Made by a program: the position numbers and the translations under genes
IMG/VR virus record: IMGVR_UViG_3300032356_000182
Location: 1 to 64,000 of that record
Direction: 5' to 3' (one strand)
DNA: 64,000 nt
Source of the DNA: a virus
The notes under the pieces: generated by a model
The model's database searches: none
What the model was told of the DNA's origin: nothing
Seen by the model: only the letters and a program-made list of their open reading frames with translations
Part shown: positions 9,507-19,134 of the stretch, piece by piece
Layout of the letters: every line of letters starts with the position of its first letter
Position numbering within the stretch: position 1 is the first letter of the stretch

Positions 9507-9663
9507 TTGGGGTGCAAATGATAATCCTTTTAGGCAGTTTGAGAGAATTTTCGGCTTGCCTGTGGGATTGCTGAGCGAAGAAAGCTATCAGCTGGTTTCG
9601 GCTGATAGACTGCCAGGATTTGAAAATGGCGCTGAATTTATTGTGCTGCCTAGGGGCTAAGAT

Positions 9664-10671
9664 ATGTCGTCAATAGACGAGCTTATTCAGAAAATTGAGA
9701 AGAAGCATGGGACTGGCAGTGTGATGTTGTTGGGACAGGCTGTTTCTGATTTGGTGCCAGTTATTCCTACCGGATCTCTTACTCTGGATATTGCGCTTGG
9801 TGTGGGTGGCGTGCCGAGGGGCCGAATTACAGAAATCTTCGGCCCTTATCAATCTGGCAAAACTACTATATGCTTGAGTATTGCTGCGCAATGTCAGAAG
9901 ATGGGAGGTAAAGTTGCTTATGTAGATGTTGAACATGCGCTAGATTCGGCATGGGCAAAGCTTATCGGAGTTGATGTAGGTTCGTTGGTGATTTCTCAAC
10001 CAGAATACGCGGAGCAGGCTTTGGATATTATGCAAATCTTAGCTGAATCTGGTGAGATAGACTTGATAGTTTTGGATAGCGTGGCGTCGTTGCTTCCTAA
10101 GGCTGAGCTAGAGGGCGAGATGGGGGATTCTCACATGGCTCTAACAGCTAGACTGATGTCTCAAGCGATGAGAAAGCTTACCCCTATTCTCTCAAATACA
10201 AGATGTGCTGCTATCTTTACTAATCAGCTTCGACAAAAGATTGGTGTGGTGTATGGTAGTCCGGAAACAACAACTGGTGGGGAGGCTCTGAAATATTATT
10301 CTTCTGTTCGTTTGGATGTTAGAAAAAGGCAGGATATCAAATCTGCAAATGACATTATCGGAAACGAGATTCGAGTAACTGTAAAGAAGAATAAGGTGGC
10401 ACCTCCCTTCTTAGCTTGTGATTTAGCGATTCTGTATGATAGAGGATTGCATAAGGCCTATGAGCTTGTTGAGTTATCAATCTTTTGTGGGTTGGCTGAG
10501 AAAACTGGAGCTTGGTTGACTTTTTTCTCGGGAACTCCTGATGAGATTAAGCTGAATGGTCATAGTAAGGCGGTAGAGCTAGTCGATAAAGATTCTGCTT
10601 TTGCTGATGTTCTGGAGCATAAGCTCCGTTTGAGAAACGGTTTACCTGTTCTAGCATCCTATGGAAATTGA
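9664..10671 (+). CDS. recA: RecA recombinase
   Basis: IPTGSLTLDIALGVGGVPRGRITEIFG, SGKTT, VDVEHALD, ARLMSQAMRK, NQLRQKIGVVYGSPETTTGG, KNKVAPPF. Confidence 0.98.
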   Translation: MSSIDELIQKIEKKHGTGSVMLLGQAVSDLVPVIPTGSLTLDIALGVGGVPRGRITEIFGPYQSGKTTICLSIAAQCQKMGGKVAYVDVEHALDSAWAKLIGVDVGSLVISQPEYAEQALDIMQILAESGEIDLIVLDSVASLLPKAELEGEMGDSHMALTARLMSQAMRKLTPILSNTRCAAIFTNQLRQKIGVVYGSPETTTGGEALKYYSSVRLDVRKRQDIKSANDIIGNEIRVTVKKNKVAPPFLACDLAILYDRGLHKAYELVELSIFCGLAEKTGAWLTFFSGTPDEIKLNGHSKAVELVDKDSAFADVLEHKLRLRNGLPVLASYGN

Positions 10672-11650
10672 CAAGATTCCGATTGACGCGGTTATTGAAA
10701 AAACCGGAGTGAAGCTCATCCGGATGGGCTCTCTATTAGCGGGATTCTGTCCGTTGCATGGGGATAAAGATACCCCTTCGCTTAGAGTTTATTTGAATAC
10801 TAACTCTTGGGCATGCTTTGGTGCTGGGTGCGGAGGGGTTGTTGGTAAGATTAACGGGGGAGATGCAGTTACTTGGGTTAGACAACGATATGGATATAGC
10901 TTCAAACAGGCACAAGATTGGTTGAATGACAATTTTGGAGGTTCTGTTTTATATCCTATAACAATTCCAAGGTTTGGAGGGGCTGAAAAGACGAAGATAG
11001 TTTCAAGAGTAGTCCCTCCGAAGCTGGTTCAATATTGGCATGGATTGTTGGATCAATGCAACAGACGTGGCTATTATCATTCTAGAGGGTTTTCGGATGA
11101 TTTCATCAACTCGGAGATGTGGGGGTGGGATGGAAGACGCTATGTGCTTCCTGTTTGGGAGGGAGAGCCGGGGAATTCGGATTGCCTTGGAGTTAGGCGC
11201 AGAAGATCTGATTTAGATCCTGAATCTGATTTTAAGTATATCGGATTGAGAGGCTGTAATGCTCCAACTGTTTGGGGGCGTTGGCATTGCAGATCGGCCA
11301 ATATTGTTTTTGCTTTCGCTGGTGAGTTTGATGCTGCTAGAGCTGTTTGCGATGGGTTTCCTGCTTTTTCATTGGTTAATGGTGTAGGAGCGTTTGAGAG
11401 GTTTCCTGAAGATTGGCCGAACGCATGGTTTCCAAATTCGGAATTCTTGATAGTTGTTTTTGACAAGAAGGAAGAGCGAATGGCAGGACGCTTTGCTAAA
11501 GCTTGGATGAAATGCAAATCAAGAGGAACGGCACGTATATTTGTTTGGCCTCCAGGTGAAGCGAAAGATTATTGTGAGTTTAGGGAATCACACTCATCAG
11601 AGGATTTCATGAGAATGTTAGTTTCTTCATTAGCTGATTTCTACAGATAA
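10661..11650 (+). CDS. DNA primase (CHC2 zinc finger plus TOPRIM-like domain)
   Basis: CPLHGDKDTPS...WACFGAGC...GGD; GEFDA; KDYCE. Confidence 0.85.
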   Translation: MEIDKIPIDAVIEKTGVKLIRMGSLLAGFCPLHGDKDTPSLRVYLNTNSWACFGAGCGGVVGKINGGDAVTWVRQRYGYSFKQAQDWLNDNFGGSVLYPITIPRFGGAEKTKIVSRVVPPKLVQYWHGLLDQCNRRGYYHSRGFSDDFINSEMWGWDGRRYVLPVWEGEPGNSDCLGVRRRRSDLDPESDFKYIGLRGCNAPTVWGRWHCRSANIVFAFAGEFDAARAVCDGFPAFSLVNGVGAFERFPEDWPNAWFPNSEFLIVVFDKKEERMAGRFAKAWMKCKSRGTARIFVWPPGEAKDYCEFRESHSSEDFMRMLVSSLADFYR

Positions 11651-11660
11651 GCGGGGGTTT

Positions 11661-12011
11661 GTGATGGTTGCGGATTTGGATGAAAGATGGGAACGCTTAT
11701 TAGAGCTGCCAGAGTTGCTGCGTGAAGCGCGTGAGATGACGCTACGATTGGCGATGGAGGCTTATAATCTTGAAGTTGATTTCAAAACCCTAGTTGGCCG
11801 CATCTTGGATGAAGCTGATATTCTTGACGGCCCTGAGTTTGAGCGTGAGGTTTGGATTTTACGATATGCAGAAAAATTTCCTGATGTTAAAGAGCTTAGC
11901 CTTAAGTTGCATGAGGCTCAGGCAGCGTTTGAGGAGGCTAAAATTCGCGCTAGGTATCTCGAAGATGAGTTTGAAGCATTGAAAATCTTTTGGTATCGTC
12001 AATCTAGATGA
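11661..12011 (+). CDS. Hypothetical coiled-coil protein
   Basis: 116 aa helical ORF. Confidence 0.6.
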   Translation: MMVADLDERWERLLELPELLREAREMTLRLAMEAYNLEVDFKTLVGRILDEADILDGPEFEREVWILRYAEKFPDVKELSLKLHEAQAAFEEAKIRARYLEDEFEALKIFWYRQSR

Positions 12012-12038
12012 GGTAGAGATGTTGTGGGAGGTATGGGA

Positions 12039-12191
12039 ATGGAGCGAAGGACTATTGTGGTAGAATCTATTATCGAGTTGGACACGCTTGCTGAGATACT
12101 TACTGTAGATGATGTCTTGTACATACTGAGCAGATGGAATGATCGGGCTGTACAGGCGGTTTACCGCTGGCTTGAAAAAATGTTTGGATAA
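12039..12191 (+). CDS. Small protein (50 aa, absent from ORF track) matching the repeated unit of ORF 32728-33063
   Basis: MERRTIVVESIIELDTLAEILTVDDVLYILSRWNDRAVQAVYRWLEKMFG; GGGAGG RBS. Confidence 0.7.
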   Translation: MERRTIVVESIIELDTLAEILTVDDVLYILSRWNDRAVQAVYRWLEKMFG

Positions 12192-12341
12192 AGAGAGGAG
12201 GGCGACATCTTGTCAGATACTTTAAGAAATTCTTTTTCAAATCTGTTTGATTATGTTTATCCGGAAGCTTAAGAAGAGATTGACGAGGTTCTGAGAGATG
12301 CTGGGTTTGACCCAGCTCAGGTTGGTTTGAAGATGTAAGAA

Positions 12342-12719
12342 TTGGCTGATAAAGTTTTATGTAGAAGGAGGATGATAATGGAAGTTGAGGATAAACTTCG
12401 TAAGCTTGTTGTGCTAAAAGATAAGCTTTCTGATTGTCGTAAGACGCAGATTGATATTGAGATGCAGATAGACCGGCTACGATCTCAAATTGCTAGATTG
12501 GAAGCTGATATAAAGCGAGATGTGCTAGCTTTGGGTCGAGATGTTGAAACGGATGTTGCTCATGCTGTATACCAAGCTGCTATGATATGGGATACTGAAG
12601 CTTTGGATAGTTATGCGACTGAGCATCCGGAATTGCTTAAGTTTAAGAGGAATCTTGAACCTTCGGTATCTATTCGGTTGCTAACGGCGGTGGAGCAGGA
12701 GGGCGAAGTTGGATATTAG
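12342..12719 (+). CDS. Hypothetical coiled-coil phage protein; true start probably slightly downstream
   Basis: Coiled coil followed by WDTEALDSYA...EPSVSIR. Confidence 0.65.
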   Translation: MADKVLCRRRMIMEVEDKLRKLVVLKDKLSDCRKTQIDIEMQIDRLRSQIARLEADIKRDVLALGRDVETDVAHAVYQAAMIWDTEALDSYATEHPELLKFKRNLEPSVSIRLLTAVEQEGEVGY

Positions 12720-12771
12720 GGATAACGAAGAATCGATTTGATTTGTAAGAAGGTCTTTCAGGAGTGGATAG

Positions 12772-12999
12772 ATGCGAGATACAACTGGTAGAGTTTTGTG
12801 TCCTCTTTTTCGGAAGACTTGTTTAGAGTTTTCTTGTGATTGTTTTACTGCATTAGGTTGTATGATATTTTGGGAACTTGGTAACGAAGATGAATATCGA
12901 GTAGCTATGAAGATTGCATTGGAGAGGCAGTTAGAGAAGGTGAGGGAGAGACAAGGAGAATGGGAAGATGGATGTTTGGATGAAACAGGATATTGCTAA
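12772..12999 (+). CDS. Small Cys-rich hypothetical protein
   Basis: CPLFRKTC...C.C...C. Confidence 0.55.
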   Translation: MRDTTGRVLCPLFRKTCLEFSCDCFTALGCMIFWELGNEDEYRVAMKIALERQLEKVRERQGEWEDGCLDETGYC

Positions 13000-13150
13000 C
13001 GCTTTGCTTGCTTCTTTACAAGCGATGAAGTCTACTATAGAGGCGTTGAATATAGATCCACAGCGGGCTCGAGATTATGAATCTGGTTATCTTGCCGCAT
13101 TGCGCGTGATAGCGAGGTTTTTTGGAGTTACGTTGAATGGTTTCATGTAA
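12968..13150 (+). CDS. Hypothetical protein
   Basis: 60 aa ORF overlapping the upstream gene. Confidence 0.55.
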   Translation: MDVWMKQDIANALLASLQAMKSTIEALNIDPQRARDYESGYLAALRVIARFFGVTLNGFM

Positions 13151-13230
13151 GCGAACATAACGAACAAGAAAGTATGTTTTGAGAGTTTAGTTTTAGTTTA
13201 GCTTGAGTATGAATGTACGAGGAGGTTAGT

Positions 13231-13632
13231 ATGAAAAAGGGTTTGGTTTTGGCGTTGCTGTTGTGGTTTATTGTCAATCTGGGTTTCGGAGTTCAATTCT
13301 GCGAGGCTTTCGGCCCTTTTGAGAATATTACTCCCGGCTATGGATGGTATGGCCAGCAGCCTTGGGGTGGGGGTTCACAAGGTTGGGAATATGCTTATCC
13401 ACGAGGCTTTTGGTCAGATAATTCATGGGCTATGTCTCGTAATTATCAGTATCAGCCATATCATCACTGGTCACCCTCATTCTCATTGTACTATAATCCG
13501 ATGTTTCCACCAGGGTCTCGTGGAGATGGGGCGTTTTTGGGAGGCTATGGGTCTAGCTATCAAGGTTGGGGTGTAATGCCTGGCCCTTTCAATAGCTATA
13601 AGCGTTTTCACGATTTTGGTATCTGGAATTGA
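13231..13632 (+). CDS. Predicted secreted/membrane Gly-Tyr-Trp-Pro-rich protein (paralogue of 31983-32405)
   Basis: MKK + hydrophobic stretch + VNLGF...EAFGPFE; ends WN; GGAGG RBS. Confidence 0.75.
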   Translation: MKKGLVLALLLWFIVNLGFGVQFCEAFGPFENITPGYGWYGQQPWGGGSQGWEYAYPRGFWSDNSWAMSRNYQYQPYHHWSPSFSLYYNPMFPPGSRGDGAFLGGYGSSYQGWGVMPGPFNSYKRFHDFGIWN

Positions 13633-13644
13633 AGAGGTGCTGCG

Positions 13645-13890
13645 ATGGATGCTAGATTTCCGCTACGTCGTTGGGGAGAGATGTGCGAAAAAGCCGGTTG
13701 TTTTATGCCGGCTTTTTCAGTATATGACTATTGGCAAGAAACATTCAGATATCTCTGTTCATTTCATCAGCTGCAAGAAGGATTTTGTTCTTGCTGTCGA
13801 TCTAATATGCTAAGGCATGATGCTGGCCAGGAGCTTTGCATATTTTGTGCAGGTCTTAGCTCAGGAAATGATCACTTGATAAGCTGTTAA
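13645..13890 (+). CDS. Small Cys-rich hypothetical protein
   Basis: Several CxxC/CxxH pairs. Confidence 0.5.
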   Translation: MDARFPLRRWGEMCEKAGCFMPAFSVYDYWQETFRYLCSFHQLQEGFCSCCRSNMLRHDAGQELCIFCAGLSSGNDHLISC

Positions 13891-13918
13891 AGTCGAAGCG
13901 TGGTCTGAAGAGATATAT

Positions 13919-13947
13919 TTGAAGATTAAGATAATCTGTAATATAAT
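13919..13947 (+). promoter_or_regulatory. sigma70-like promoter for the dnaB-que operon
   Basis: TTGAAG-17-TATAAT in an intergenic gap. Confidence 0.6.
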
Positions 13948-14107
13948 ATAGTTGAGAACGAGAGGAGAAGGAGAATTAGCTATGCTTCTGCATGTATGCT
14001 TTATTTCAAGAATTTTAGAAAAGGCTTTGACTTTGAGCCCGGTCCTTCTGCTTATTTTTAAGTAAGCAGAAGGGGCAGGCCCACCTGTCCATCCTTCTCC
14101 TTTCCTA

Positions 14108-14134
14108 GGCGGGCCGTATCTCCTACGGCCCGCC
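14108..14134. other. GC-rich hairpin in the leader
   Basis: GGCGGGCCGTA-tctcc-TACGGCCCGCC, perfect 11 bp, no U tract. Confidence 0.7.
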
Positions 14135-14144
14135 GCAAACAGAG

Positions 14145-14405
14145 GTGATCTTGATGGATTCTCCAAATGACATTGATATCCTCGCTGAGTCCATTTCTAG
14201 AAGAGCGGCTGGAAATCGTGAGTTAGGTGATGATTGGGAATTGGTGTGTTTAGCTTTTCTTAATCGTCATCTCAGTCTTTATTCAATCTTGGCGAAACTG
14301 GTCGATAAGGGTTGTGGGGAAATGTCCATATCAGAATTTTTGAAAGAGTGGGCGTTTCTTCGATCTGATGCTCGTCGCAGGAGTAAAGCTAAAAGTGTTG
14401 ATTAA
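14145..14405 (+). CDS. Hypothetical protein
   Basis: 86 aa ORF upstream of the helicase. Confidence 0.55.
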   Translation: MILMDSPNDIDILAESISRRAAGNRELGDDWELVCLAFLNRHLSLYSILAKLVDKGCGEMSISEFLKEWAFLRSDARRRSKAKSVD

Positions 14406-15810
14406 CGAATATGAGATGCTTTTGTTGGGGATTATTCTCAGGTTTCCTAGCGGTCCTGACAGAATTCCTCAGAGAGTTGTGGCTGAGCTTGATTTTGATA
14501 AGTTTTCGCCTAGTGGACCGAATCGTTTGATTTACCAAGCGATTCAGAAATTGGTCATTGATCAGCAGATTCCTACTATTCCTAACATTGCTTTAACGTT
14601 AAAAGATAAATTAGATGCTGTCGGAGGAGAGCCATACCTTCAGGCTTTACTGGCGTATCCTCTGACTTGTGGAGTTAAGACATCTGAAGGTTTTGAATCA
14701 TATGTGAGGTTGATTGATAATGCTGGTCGGCTTAGACAGCTTGCGTTAGTTATAGATAAGTACGCGAAAGTTTTTGAAGATTTTGAGCAAGCAGTTAGTC
14801 AGATTGATGATGTAGATGAGTTTTTGTCTTCTTTCATGGCCGAAATCAATGCGGGAGCGGTTAAGCCAAAATCTAGCTATTCTCATATCAGTATCGCTGT
14901 TGAAGAGGAGATGCGAAGATTAGAGCTAGAGTCGAGAGGCTATGTTGTTGACTTGATTCCGACTGGATGGCCTAATCTGGAAAAATACTATATTCCTCGC
15001 CCGGGGTCTTTCGGCGTAGTTTCAGGGCTTTCATCTATGGGCAAGACTCAATTCGCTTTACAGATGTTGTTGGGTGTGGCGATTTATTTGAAGGAAACTG
15101 GCAAGAAAGGATGTGTTGCTATAAATGAGCTAGAAACTCAAGGTTGGCGGTTGAACAGGCGTATGGCTTGTTGTTTAGCTGGAATTGATTCGTCTGAGTT
15201 AGCTAGAGGTAGTTTGTCGAAACATGATTTGGATAGATACTATAAGACGTTAGAGTATATCTCGACTCTTCCGATTTACTATGATGATAATGCTATGTTA
15301 ACTAGCCAGCAGATGGCGTGGCAGGCGTTAGCTCTGAATATTGAGAAAGGTCCTCGGGTTCTTGGCGTCGCGGATTATGCTGAATTGTTTGCAGATACTG
15401 GCGCGAGTGAAGAGCTTAGAGTGTCTGGCGTTGTGCGGTCTCAGAGGCGAATAGCTTGGGAAACAGGCAGCTGTGAAATTATGATTTCGCAACTGAATAG
15501 TTCTGTTATGCAAACAAACACGAAGATAGGAGGAATGAGCAGAACGAGATACAGCGGAGCTATAGCTCAAGCGGCTGATTGGTTTGTAGAGATCTATAAT
15601 CCTCCTCAGATGCGCAGAGCTCAGATTGACTTTGTTTTGCCGGACGCTATGGATGAAAGGATGGCTTATGTTCTTATTGAGAAAAATAAAGATTATCCAG
15701 TAGGTCAAGAACCTTTTGAGTGGATTCCGCAGTATACGAGATTTCGTGACGTTTCTTTGAAGATGGGTCAGGTATATCGTCCTGTTTCTCTTGAGCAAGA
15801 GGATTTTTAG
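14368..15810 (+). CDS. dnaB: DnaB-like replicative helicase
   Basis: N-terminal LIYQAIQKL...LDAVGGEPYL; IPTGW, GLSSMGKT, ADY, ISQLN, RYSGAIAQAAD, IEKNK. Confidence 0.9.
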   Translation: MLVAGVKLKVLINEYEMLLLGIILRFPSGPDRIPQRVVAELDFDKFSPSGPNRLIYQAIQKLVIDQQIPTIPNIALTLKDKLDAVGGEPYLQALLAYPLTCGVKTSEGFESYVRLIDNAGRLRQLALVIDKYAKVFEDFEQAVSQIDDVDEFLSSFMAEINAGAVKPKSSYSHISIAVEEEMRRLELESRGYVVDLIPTGWPNLEKYYIPRPGSFGVVSGLSSMGKTQFALQMLLGVAIYLKETGKKGCVAINELETQGWRLNRRMACCLAGIDSSELARGSLSKHDLDRYYKTLEYISTLPIYYDDNAMLTSQQMAWQALALNIEKGPRVLGVADYAELFADTGASEELRVSGVVRSQRRIAWETGSCEIMISQLNSSVMQTNTKIGGMSRTRYSGAIAQAADWFVEIYNPPQMRRAQIDFVLPDAMDERMAYVLIEKNKDYPVGQEPFEWIPQYTRFRDVSLKMGQVYRPVSLEQEDF

Positions 15811-15825
15811 ATTAGATAAAAGTAG

Positions 15826-16281
15826 ATGGGAGAAATAGCAATGATAATCAGAACAGAGGGAAGTTTTTGTGCCGGACACGTGCTTTCTAAACATCCTGGT
15901 TTGTGCGCGAATGCACACGGACATAACTATCGAGTTGTTGTTGAGGTTGAATTTTCTGATTTTTCGCCTGAAGTCAGCATGTATCCAGTTGATTTTGGAC
16001 ATCTTAAACGATTTGTGATTGAGCCTGTGATGGAGATTTTCGATCATTCCTTTCTTTTTGGACCAGAATCACCTATCGAACTCTCTCGGGTTATGCGTGA
16101 TCTTGAATATAAGATAAATGTGTTGCCCTATGAGCCAACTGCAGAGGCTCTGGCTATATTGATTGCAAATTATATCAAAACAGCTATGGGTCAGCATCAT
16201 GAGTACGCCTCGGCTTCTGAGCTCACGGTGCAAGTTTGGGAAACTGAAAAATCAAGTGCGCACATTACGGTAAAGTTGTAG
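15826..16281 (+). CDS. queD: 6-carboxytetrahydropterin synthase
   Basis: FCAGH...CANAHGHNY, VDFGHLK, FDHSFL, PTAEALA, VWETE. Confidence 0.95.
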   Translation: MGEIAMIIRTEGSFCAGHVLSKHPGLCANAHGHNYRVVVEVEFSDFSPEVSMYPVDFGHLKRFVIEPVMEIFDHSFLFGPESPIELSRVMRDLEYKINVLPYEPTAEALAILIANYIKTAMGQHHEYASASELTVQVWETEKSSAHITVKL

Positions 16282-16304
16282 ATTTGCAAAGAGGGGATTA
16301 AATC

Positions 16305-16985
16305 ATGCTGAAAGTTTCTGAAATCTTCGGGCCAAGCATTCAAGGGGAAGGAGTGCTTGTAGGAACTCCTTCTATTTTTCTCAGGCTTGCTGGGTGTTCG
16401 TTGCGATGTCAGTGGTGCGATACAAAATATGCTTTTGGTGAAGGCAAGCCTATGCCTAACGAGGATATCGTGGATGAGATTTTTTCTAGATGTCCTAGAG
16501 GAATCTCTATTGTAGATATTGTTATAACGGGAGGTGAGCCCTTAGAGCAATCGGAAGAGCTGCATGAATTTTTAGCTTATCTGTTTTCGGTTCGTCGTTT
16601 TTCAGTTACAGTAGAAACTAATGGATACCATCCGCCGATAGAGAAGTTCAGGTCGAAACTTTTTTGGAGTGTTTCTCCCAAATTGCCTAGCAGCGGAGCT
16701 TATCGGCCGATAGCCGAGCTGCCATTCTTTAGATATAGAGGTATGGGAAATTCTCAATGGAAGTTTGTTGTTGCTGATTTTCAGGATTTGCGGATTTTGC
16801 GAGAGTTTTTTGATTTTGGCTGGAGGCTGCCGAATGTTGTTATTCAACCTTGCAGCGCAGAGGGCTCTCTCTCTTATTCGGAATTGATAGCTGCTGTTAG
16901 AGATGTTCTTTGGCGTGCTGGGTATAGCGCTAGGGTTATTCCTCAAGCGCACGTAATAGCGTGGGGGCAGCAGAGAGGAGTTTAA
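16305..16985 (+). CDS. queE: 7-carboxy-7-deazaguanine synthase (radical SAM)
   Basis: SEIFGPSIQGEG, FLRLAGCSLRCQWCDT, TGGEP, VETNG, SVSPK, PQAH. Confidence 0.95.
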   Translation: MLKVSEIFGPSIQGEGVLVGTPSIFLRLAGCSLRCQWCDTKYAFGEGKPMPNEDIVDEIFSRCPRGISIVDIVITGGEPLEQSEELHEFLAYLFSVRRFSVTVETNGYHPPIEKFRSKLFWSVSPKLPSSGAYRPIAELPFFRYRGMGNSQWKFVVADFQDLRILREFFDFGWRLPNVVIQPCSAEGSLSYSELIAAVRDVLWRAGYSARVIPQAHVIAWGQQRGV

Positions 16986-16989
16986 GTTA

Positions 16990-17535
16990 ATGCCTGATCT
17001 TGTGAAAATCGCTAGGGCGACGAGAGAGATTCTTGAGGCGATTGGCGCAGATTTAGAAGACGAAAACCTAATCGACACTCCGGGACGGGTGGCTAGATTT
17101 TGGGAGGAATTTATCAAATATGACTGCGGCAATGTGGATGCTCATTTTGAATCTGTGCAGGTTGATCAGCTTGTAGTTGTGAAAGGGATTGAATTCTATT
17201 CTCTTTGTTCACATCATCTGTTGCCGTTTATTGGGAAAGCTTCAGTTGGCTATTTGACGGGAACGAGAGTTATCGGATTGAGTAAAATTCCTCGGATTGT
17301 TCAGAAGCACGCACACAAGCTGCAGCTTCAGGAGAGAATGGCTAATGATATTGCGAGGGAGCTGGAGATCTTGCTAGGGGACTCTAGCGGTGTAGCTGTT
17401 GTTTTGGAAGCTGAGCACCTGTGCATGAAGATGAGGGGGATTCGCTCTTCTGGCTCGATGATAACTAGCGTAGTTACTGGAGACTTCCGCGAGAAATCAA
17501 ATCTCAGGATGGAGTTTATGAATTTGATAAAATAG
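16990..17535 (+). CDS. folE: GTP cyclohydrolase I
   Basis: DTPGRVAR, SLCSHHLLPF, GLSKIPR, QLQER, HLCMKMRG. Confidence 0.96.
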   Translation: MPDLVKIARATREILEAIGADLEDENLIDTPGRVARFWEEFIKYDCGNVDAHFESVQVDQLVVVKGIEFYSLCSHHLLPFIGKASVGYLTGTRVIGLSKIPRIVQKHAHKLQLQERMANDIARELEILLGDSSGVAVVLEAEHLCMKMRGIRSSGSMITSVVTGDFREKSNLRMEFMNLIK

Positions 17536-17549
17536 CAAGAAACTGATAC

Positions 17550-17578
17550 TTGACAAATTTCCTGAGTTGTATTATAAT
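17550..17578 (+). promoter_or_regulatory. sigma70-like promoter
   Basis: TTGACA-17-TATAAT. Confidence 0.85.
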
Positions 17579-17609
17579 ATGTGTATAATAGCACATCAGG
17601 AGGGCAGAG

Positions 17610-17834
17610 ATGAAGGCTAGAAGGAAAACTAGAGAAATAAATCGCCCTACGGAAGATAGGGCGATAAGGAACATCATGCGAGAAGCCCAGCGGAGGGGCT
17701 TCTCGCATAGGGATGGGGATTATCTCCGCTTTTTGGCTACCAAAAAAAGAGGCTTGGTTATTCCAAGCCGGGATGCCAAGGTGGTTACATGGGAGGACAC
17801 TCTAGTTTTCTTGAGTGCGGTTGAGGCGCTGTAG
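17610..17834 (+). CDS. Small basic hypothetical protein
   Basis: 74 aa, AGGAGG RBS behind its own promoter. Confidence 0.65.
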   Translation: MKARRKTREINRPTEDRAIRNIMREAQRRGFSHRDGDYLRFLATKKRGLVIPSRDAKVVTWEDTLVFLSAVEAL

Positions 17835-17843
17835 GGATAGACG

Positions 17844-18167
17844 ATGGATTTGGTGTTAGATTTGGATGGCGTCCTTTGTGAAGAAACAGGACGGCATGAT
17901 GACTATGTGGATAGGAAGCCGCTATCTGATCAGATAGCGGCTTTGAAGAGAATTCGACATCATTTTCGCCACGTTATTCTTTTCACAGCGCGATATCCTG
18001 AGGATTTTTGGATTACTGTGGGTTGGTTGGAGAAGCATGGCCTAGTTGATCTCATTACTTGTGTTCAGATGGGAAAGCCTCAGGCTTTTGCTTATGTGGA
18101 TGATAAGTCTAAAATTTCCGTATGTGACTTAGAGGAGGTTTTGAATGCCAAAAATAATCAAAGCTGA
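17844..18167 (+). CDS. Minimal HAD-superfamily phosphatase
   Basis: DLDGVL motif I, FTAR motif II, GKP...YVDDK motifs III/IV. Confidence 0.85.
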   Translation: MDLVLDLDGVLCEETGRHDDYVDRKPLSDQIAALKRIRHHFRHVILFTARYPEDFWITVGWLEKHGLVDLITCVQMGKPQAFAYVDDKSKISVCDLEEVLNAKNNQS

Positions 18168-19134
18168 GGTTTTGATTACTCGGAGATGCAATTTGAGTTG
18201 TTCATATTGCAATATGCCTGCTCGGGTTCCTGAGCTTCCTCCTGAGCAGTGGATCAAGATTTTTGATAAGCTTACCTCTTTCTTAGGTTGTCCTTTCTAT
18301 GCCATTTACGGCGCTGAACCTCTCATGTATTCTGGCATATTTCATGTTCTGCGCTATCTAAATTCCCAAAAGCACCGAATGGCTTATACGATTATTACTA
18401 ATGCAACGCTTCTTGATAGATTAGCGTTAAACTTGATTGAGGAAAATTTACAATCCATAACGGTTTCCTTAGATTCTTTAGAAGATTTAGGGTTAGATAA
18501 ATCTGAAGACGTGAAGGGGGCATTTGCTAAGAAAGCGCTTTCTTGGGCGCTAGAGAATAGAATTCCTGATATTCAAGCTACGGCGACTGTGCACAGGAAG
18601 AATATTCGTGAAATTCCCGAACTTGTGAGAAGGTTGACAGAAAGAGGGATTTGGTTTAGTTTTGATTTCATTCATAATAACAAGGGAGATGCTGCGAAAG
18701 AATTGTCAAAGGTTGGTAAACCTGATGCAGCATTTGATTTTGACGAAGAGAAAGATGTTGAGGTAGTTCAAGATTTTCTTCGAGATATGCTAGAATTGAA
18801 AAAATCAGGAGCAAAGATCTATCAGCCAGAGGCCTGGTTCGAGTTTCTTTTGACGGATCCTGTTAAATATGTTATACGCCGAGAATGGTTTTGTTGGGAG
18901 CCCTCTTGGGTCACGATTGATGCAGATGGGCAGGTGCTTATTTGTGATGATTACCTGAAACCTTCTGGCATTTCTGCGATTGAATTGCCTGAAAGATGGG
19001 ACGAGTTTGCAGCTTTTAAGGCTGCAGAGGTTCCGAAGTGCCGGGGATGTATATGGTGTACTCATTGGTTATCTGATTTTCAGTTGAAAGACGAGAGGGG
19101 AATTGCAGAGATATCTCATGGGAGGCTTGGATGA
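18145..19134 (+). CDS. Radical SAM enzyme with C-terminal SPASM/twitch-like Cys cluster
   Basis: CNLSCSYC, GAEP, ITNATL, VSLD; C...IDADG..ICD...CRGCIWC. Confidence 0.9.
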   Translation: MPKIIKAEVLITRRCNLSCSYCNMPARVPELPPEQWIKIFDKLTSFLGCPFYAIYGAEPLMYSGIFHVLRYLNSQKHRMAYTIITNATLLDRLALNLIEENLQSITVSLDSLEDLGLDKSEDVKGAFAKKALSWALENRIPDIQATATVHRKNIREIPELVRRLTERGIWFSFDFIHNNKGDAAKELSKVGKPDAAFDFDEEKDVEVVQDFLRDMLELKKSGAKIYQPEAWFEFLLTDPVKYVIRREWFCWEPSWVTIDADGQVLICDDYLKPSGISAIELPERWDEFAAFKAAEVPKCRGCIWCTHWLSDFQLKDERGIAEISHGRLG

